From NCBI RefSeq assembly GCF_036321535.1, contig NC_087436.1:105402001-105466000 (forward strand): a stretch of 64,000 nt of DNA, in the 5' to 3' direction. This document shows positions 60,941 through 64,000 of the stretch, in pieces. Origin of the DNA: Camelus dromedarius. Taxonomy: Eukaryota. Within the stretch, counting starts at the first letter, position 1. Each line of letters opens with the position of its first letter. Under the pieces are notes generated by a model. The model saw only the letters and a list, made by a program, of their open reading frames with translations, ran no database searches and was not told the DNA's origin. Both the position numbers and the translations under genes were made by a program.

Positions 60941-62489
60941 CTGAGAACGAGAAGGCACTCAATCAGAGGAGCCTCACCCTCTCCTCTCTATAAAGCAGTA
61001 GCCAATCTCTCTGAAGGCAGACATCTCTCAGGCGCGCAGGACACATACTCATGATTGTGGGTCCACGTGCCTGTCGCCCTCTCCAGACCATGGTCTTTGC
61101 CCTCTTCCCCAGCATGGGGCCTTGCTGAGTAAGGCATTTGGGGAATGTGTGTTAGCACAGCAGTGAGGGCTATGCATAGAATCCTATTCCTCTTGAGTAG
61201 GATTCTCCTGGCTGTGTCCTGTGTGACCTTGGGTAAGAGAAAAACATCTCTGAGCCCAATTTTCCCATGTACAAAATTGGAAGACCTATTTCTCAGGGCA
61301 GATGGGAATTAAGTGATGATAAATGTAGACTGTTTCCCAATGATGCTAAGTGCTGGCTGAATGGTGACCTGTAATGAAAGACAGCTCCCTCCATGAAGTT
61401 ACTTGCAACAAACTGACTTTCAATTCCTGAGCCCCTTTTGGTCCACCTGTGACCCCCACATAGCCATGTGGAGTTACTTCTTCAGTGCTATCTGCCCAGC
61501 TAGATTTCAAGCTCCCTGAGGATACAGCCTGTCCCTTTGTCCACCTCCCACAGTGGCTAGCCAGGTGTGCACAAAATAATTGCTGAAGAAGCCGCAGTAT
61601 TGGTAATTCCTATAGTAAAAACCTTTTGCGGTGGGTACTGCTTTTCTGGGTCTATCTTAATATGGAAATGGTCTTCCTTGGTTAGTAGCCTGATGATGGT
61701 GTCTTTGAGTCCCCAGTCTGAGCGGTCCTGGCTTTTAGCCATTTTGATTCTGTTCTGGCCGTTTTCTTTGATTTCTCCAGTTCACATTACCTTGTGGTAA
61801 GATTCAAGCTGTGTCTCAAATGTGGGGAGAGAAGAGGGGCTCAGTAGCGCCTGGTTACCAATCCCCACCCCAAGCTCCAGTCCCCATCTCTGCTCAGCCA
61901 TCTACTCCTTGACCACCAGCCAGTCACTGATTCTTTCTGTGCCTCCGGAGGACCTGCCTCGAAGGGCTAGAAGATTAAACATACAGAGCCTAGAATACAT
62001 CACACCCTCAATCTCTATTAACAATTGTCCCCTGTCCTTTAGTCCTTTAATTGGTGTGGGTGGGGTGCAAGTGAACTGCTGGGTGACAGAGAAATTTCAT
62101 AGGCTTTTTAGCTCTGTAGCAAGCAGCAGGCAGGCCCCAGAGCAGCAGGGGTGCGCACTGCTGTAGCAGCTTTTCCTGCCTACCTGCCTTCAGGAGGGAA
62201 AGGTGGCTGGCTTCAGGAAGCCCAGGGTGCGCGGGGAAGAGGAGCCCGACCCCACAGCCTCACCGCAGAAGACAGGCAAAGCCATCCCTCAACGGCACTC
62301 ACTTCTTTTCAAAAATTAATAAAAGCTCCTCAAAATTCTGTACTCTCCAAATACCCAGGACAAAGTCTCCCTTCCTGGTATCAAGCCAGTTCCCCCAAAT
62401 TATTTCGAGCCGGTGGAGAGACTGCAGGCATCCGATCCCGTACCGCTTGGCCAGGTCCCTAGGGAGTCCCCGTCCAGGCCAGCCCCTCC

Positions 62490-63370
62490 CCCAAGGTCAC
62501 CCAACTTTTTCCTGTGTCCGCAGCTCCTGGAGAGGGTCCCGGAGGGTCCTAGGGGGCGGCGGCCGGGCGGGTCCCGAGGCCCCGGGGGCCGGCGGGGCGC
62601 GGTGGGGGCGGCGCGAGGCCCCCTCCCCCGCGGGGCGCGCATTATTCATTGGCCAGAGCGGGCTGCGGGCGCGGGTGCTGATGTCAGGCGGGCGCGGGTG
62701 CGGCGGGCGCAGCGGCGGCGGCCGCCCAGCAGCCCGGGCGCGGGTGGGGGGGCGCCGAGTGGGGGCGGCGGCCAGCATGCTGCTCGGCTGCGGCTCGGCC
62801 TCCCACACCCGCGGCGCCCCAGTCCTCGCCAGCAGCGGCGGCGGTGGCGGAGCAGCGAGAGGCGCCCGCGTCTGCAGCGGCGCAGGGTTCGAGCGCGCGG
62901 CGCGGCGGCGGCGGTGGGGGTCGCGGCCGGGGCGGGGACCGGGGACCCGGCATGGCGCTGCGGAGGGGCGGCGGCAGCGGCGGCGGTGCTCCGGGGCTGC
63001 TGCTGCTGCTGGGCGCCGCGTGCCTGATCCCGCCGAGCGCGCAGGTGAGGCGGCTGGCGCGCTGCCCTGCCACTTGCAGCTGTACGAAGGAGTCTATCAT
63101 CTGCGTGGGCTCTTCCTGGGTGCCCAGGATCGTGCCGGGCGACATCAGCTCCTTGTGAGTGAGTGGGACCCCGGCAGCTCCCGCCGCGTGCTGCCCCACC
63201 CTGCGCTCGCCGCCGTCTGGGAGTTGCCTCTGGAGCTGGGACGGCGCGACCCTGACCCCTACTTCCCGGGCCCCGTTTCTCTGCGTTTGGGTTGGGGAGT
63301 GCTTTGGGACGTGGGTGGAGTCTCGGGCCCTGGGGAGGATGAGGGGAGCCCGAGACCCGGAGTCTGGGAA
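62490..63370 (+). promoter_or_regulatory. LGI2: CpG-island promoter and 5' region of LGI2
   Basis: Abrupt rise in GC and CpG density. GC boxes GGGCGG at 62554, 62565 and 62606; inverted CCAAT (ATTGG) at 62648-62652; MARE/CRE-like TGCTGATGTCAG at 62676-62687; no TATA box. TSS cannot be placed from sequence. Confidence 0.9.
62952..63154 (+). CDS. LGI2: LGI2 (leucine-rich glioma-inactivated 2), first coding exon: signal peptide plus LRR N-terminal cysteine cap; the gene continues beyond the window
   Basis: Strong Kozak context ggcATGG at 62952. Translation MALRRGGGSGGGAPGLLLLLGAACLIPPSAQVRRLARCPATCSCTKESIICVGSSWVPRIVPGDISS(L) matches the mammalian LGI2 N-terminus as I recall it, including CPATCSCTKESIIC. 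Ends at a phase-2 donor TT|GTGAGT (63155). The TGA at 63156-63158 in the ORF track is intronic. Confidence 0.96.
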
Positions 63371-64000
63371 GCCAGAACAGTCCCTGTGGCACTGTTTCTC
63401 AAAGTCTGGCCCACGGGCCACCTACATCCAATCCACCTGGAGGAGCTTGTGCCAATGCAGGTTCCGGGGCCCGTGCTGAATGATGCAGGGTCTCTGGACT
63501 GGAGCCTTGGAGCCCGCATGTGGCATCCCCAGATGATTCTGGGGTGCATTAAAGTTTGAAAGGATGTGTACAGAGGGGGAGGTGGTTGTGTAGGGGCATA
63601 TATGTGCAGCTGAGCGTGACTGGAGTAATTGCAGACAGGGGAGGAATAAGGCCTCGCTGTCCCACCTGAGGTCTGGGGCTGTGGTTTATACCACGGCCTC
63701 CTCTAGACCTGTCCACACTGCAGATTGGGGAGAACCTGGGAAAAGGCATGTAGCCTCTGGAAGTGGAGATGCCGCCCCATGTGGCCTGGAAGAGGGAAGC
63801 AGGAGGACTTGGCTGAGCGTTGGGGCATGTGGGGCGTCCAGCCCAAGTGGCCAAGTGCTGGAAATCTGCCTGACTTCTTGCCCTGAGTTCATATGGGCTT
63901 CTCACCCCACTCCCCACCACATGTTATGTTGGCTGTTTACTCAGCGCTGGAGGAATGCACAGGAAAGGGCTTCACATTATTTATGCACCTGCTAAGGGAT
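63155..64000 (+). other. LGI2: LGI2 intron 1 (5' part)
   Basis: Begins with consensus donor GTGAGT; no LGI2 exon-2-like coding sequence seen before the window end. Confidence 0.85.

Noticed and set aside
1..62400. Exons of a neighbouring gene (SEPSECS lies upstream of LGI2 in human, from memory), CRISPR arrays, operons or an intact retrovirus
   Set aside because: No matching coding exons seen, no repeat-spacer arrays, the sequence is clearly mammalian, and all LTRs appear solo with no gag/pol frames.
62844..63158. 104-aa ORF as a complete protein
   Set aside because: Its start is a GTG upstream of the real ATG (62952) and its stop is inside the intron donor; it is LGI2 exon 1.
62447..63559. 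370-aa ORF, and the 204-248-aa ORFs on both strands over the CpG island, as separate genes
   Set aside because: Low-complexity Arg/Gly/Ala/Pro translations expected from stop-poor GC-rich DNA; the 370-aa frame begins at a non-ATG codon and runs across the LGI2 splice donor. Only the uATG portion is kept as a finding.

Overview
Mammalian genomic DNA, most likely from a camelid: it holds three copies of a tRNA-Ala-derived SINE matching the camelid vic-1 type, and I saw no Alu, B1, BovB/Bov-tA or PRE1 elements. About 62 kb is intergenic sequence rich in old eutherian repeats (MIR, L2, L3/CR1, L1M fragments, MLT1/MLT2/LTR16/LTR33-type/MER21 LTRs, hAT and Tigger MITEs), many of them nested. The window ends in a CpG island carrying the promoter and first coding exon of LGI2 (+ strand, ATG 62952, splice donor after 63154). 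No other protein-coding gene is supported; the other ORFs in the track look like chance or low-complexity frames. I found no evidence of a new multi-gene system. The most interesting signals are regulatory: an orphan CpG island bracketed by two perfect MEF2 sites (~14.5-15.1 kb); an overlapping uORF, a G-quadruplex motif and tandem splice donors at LGI2 exon 1; a CpG-retaining old LTR with promoter motifs; an LTR-borne CTCF motif; a (CG)8 Z-DNA tract; and three local duplications. Repeat family names come from recalled consensus sequences, not database searches, and their boundaries are approximate.
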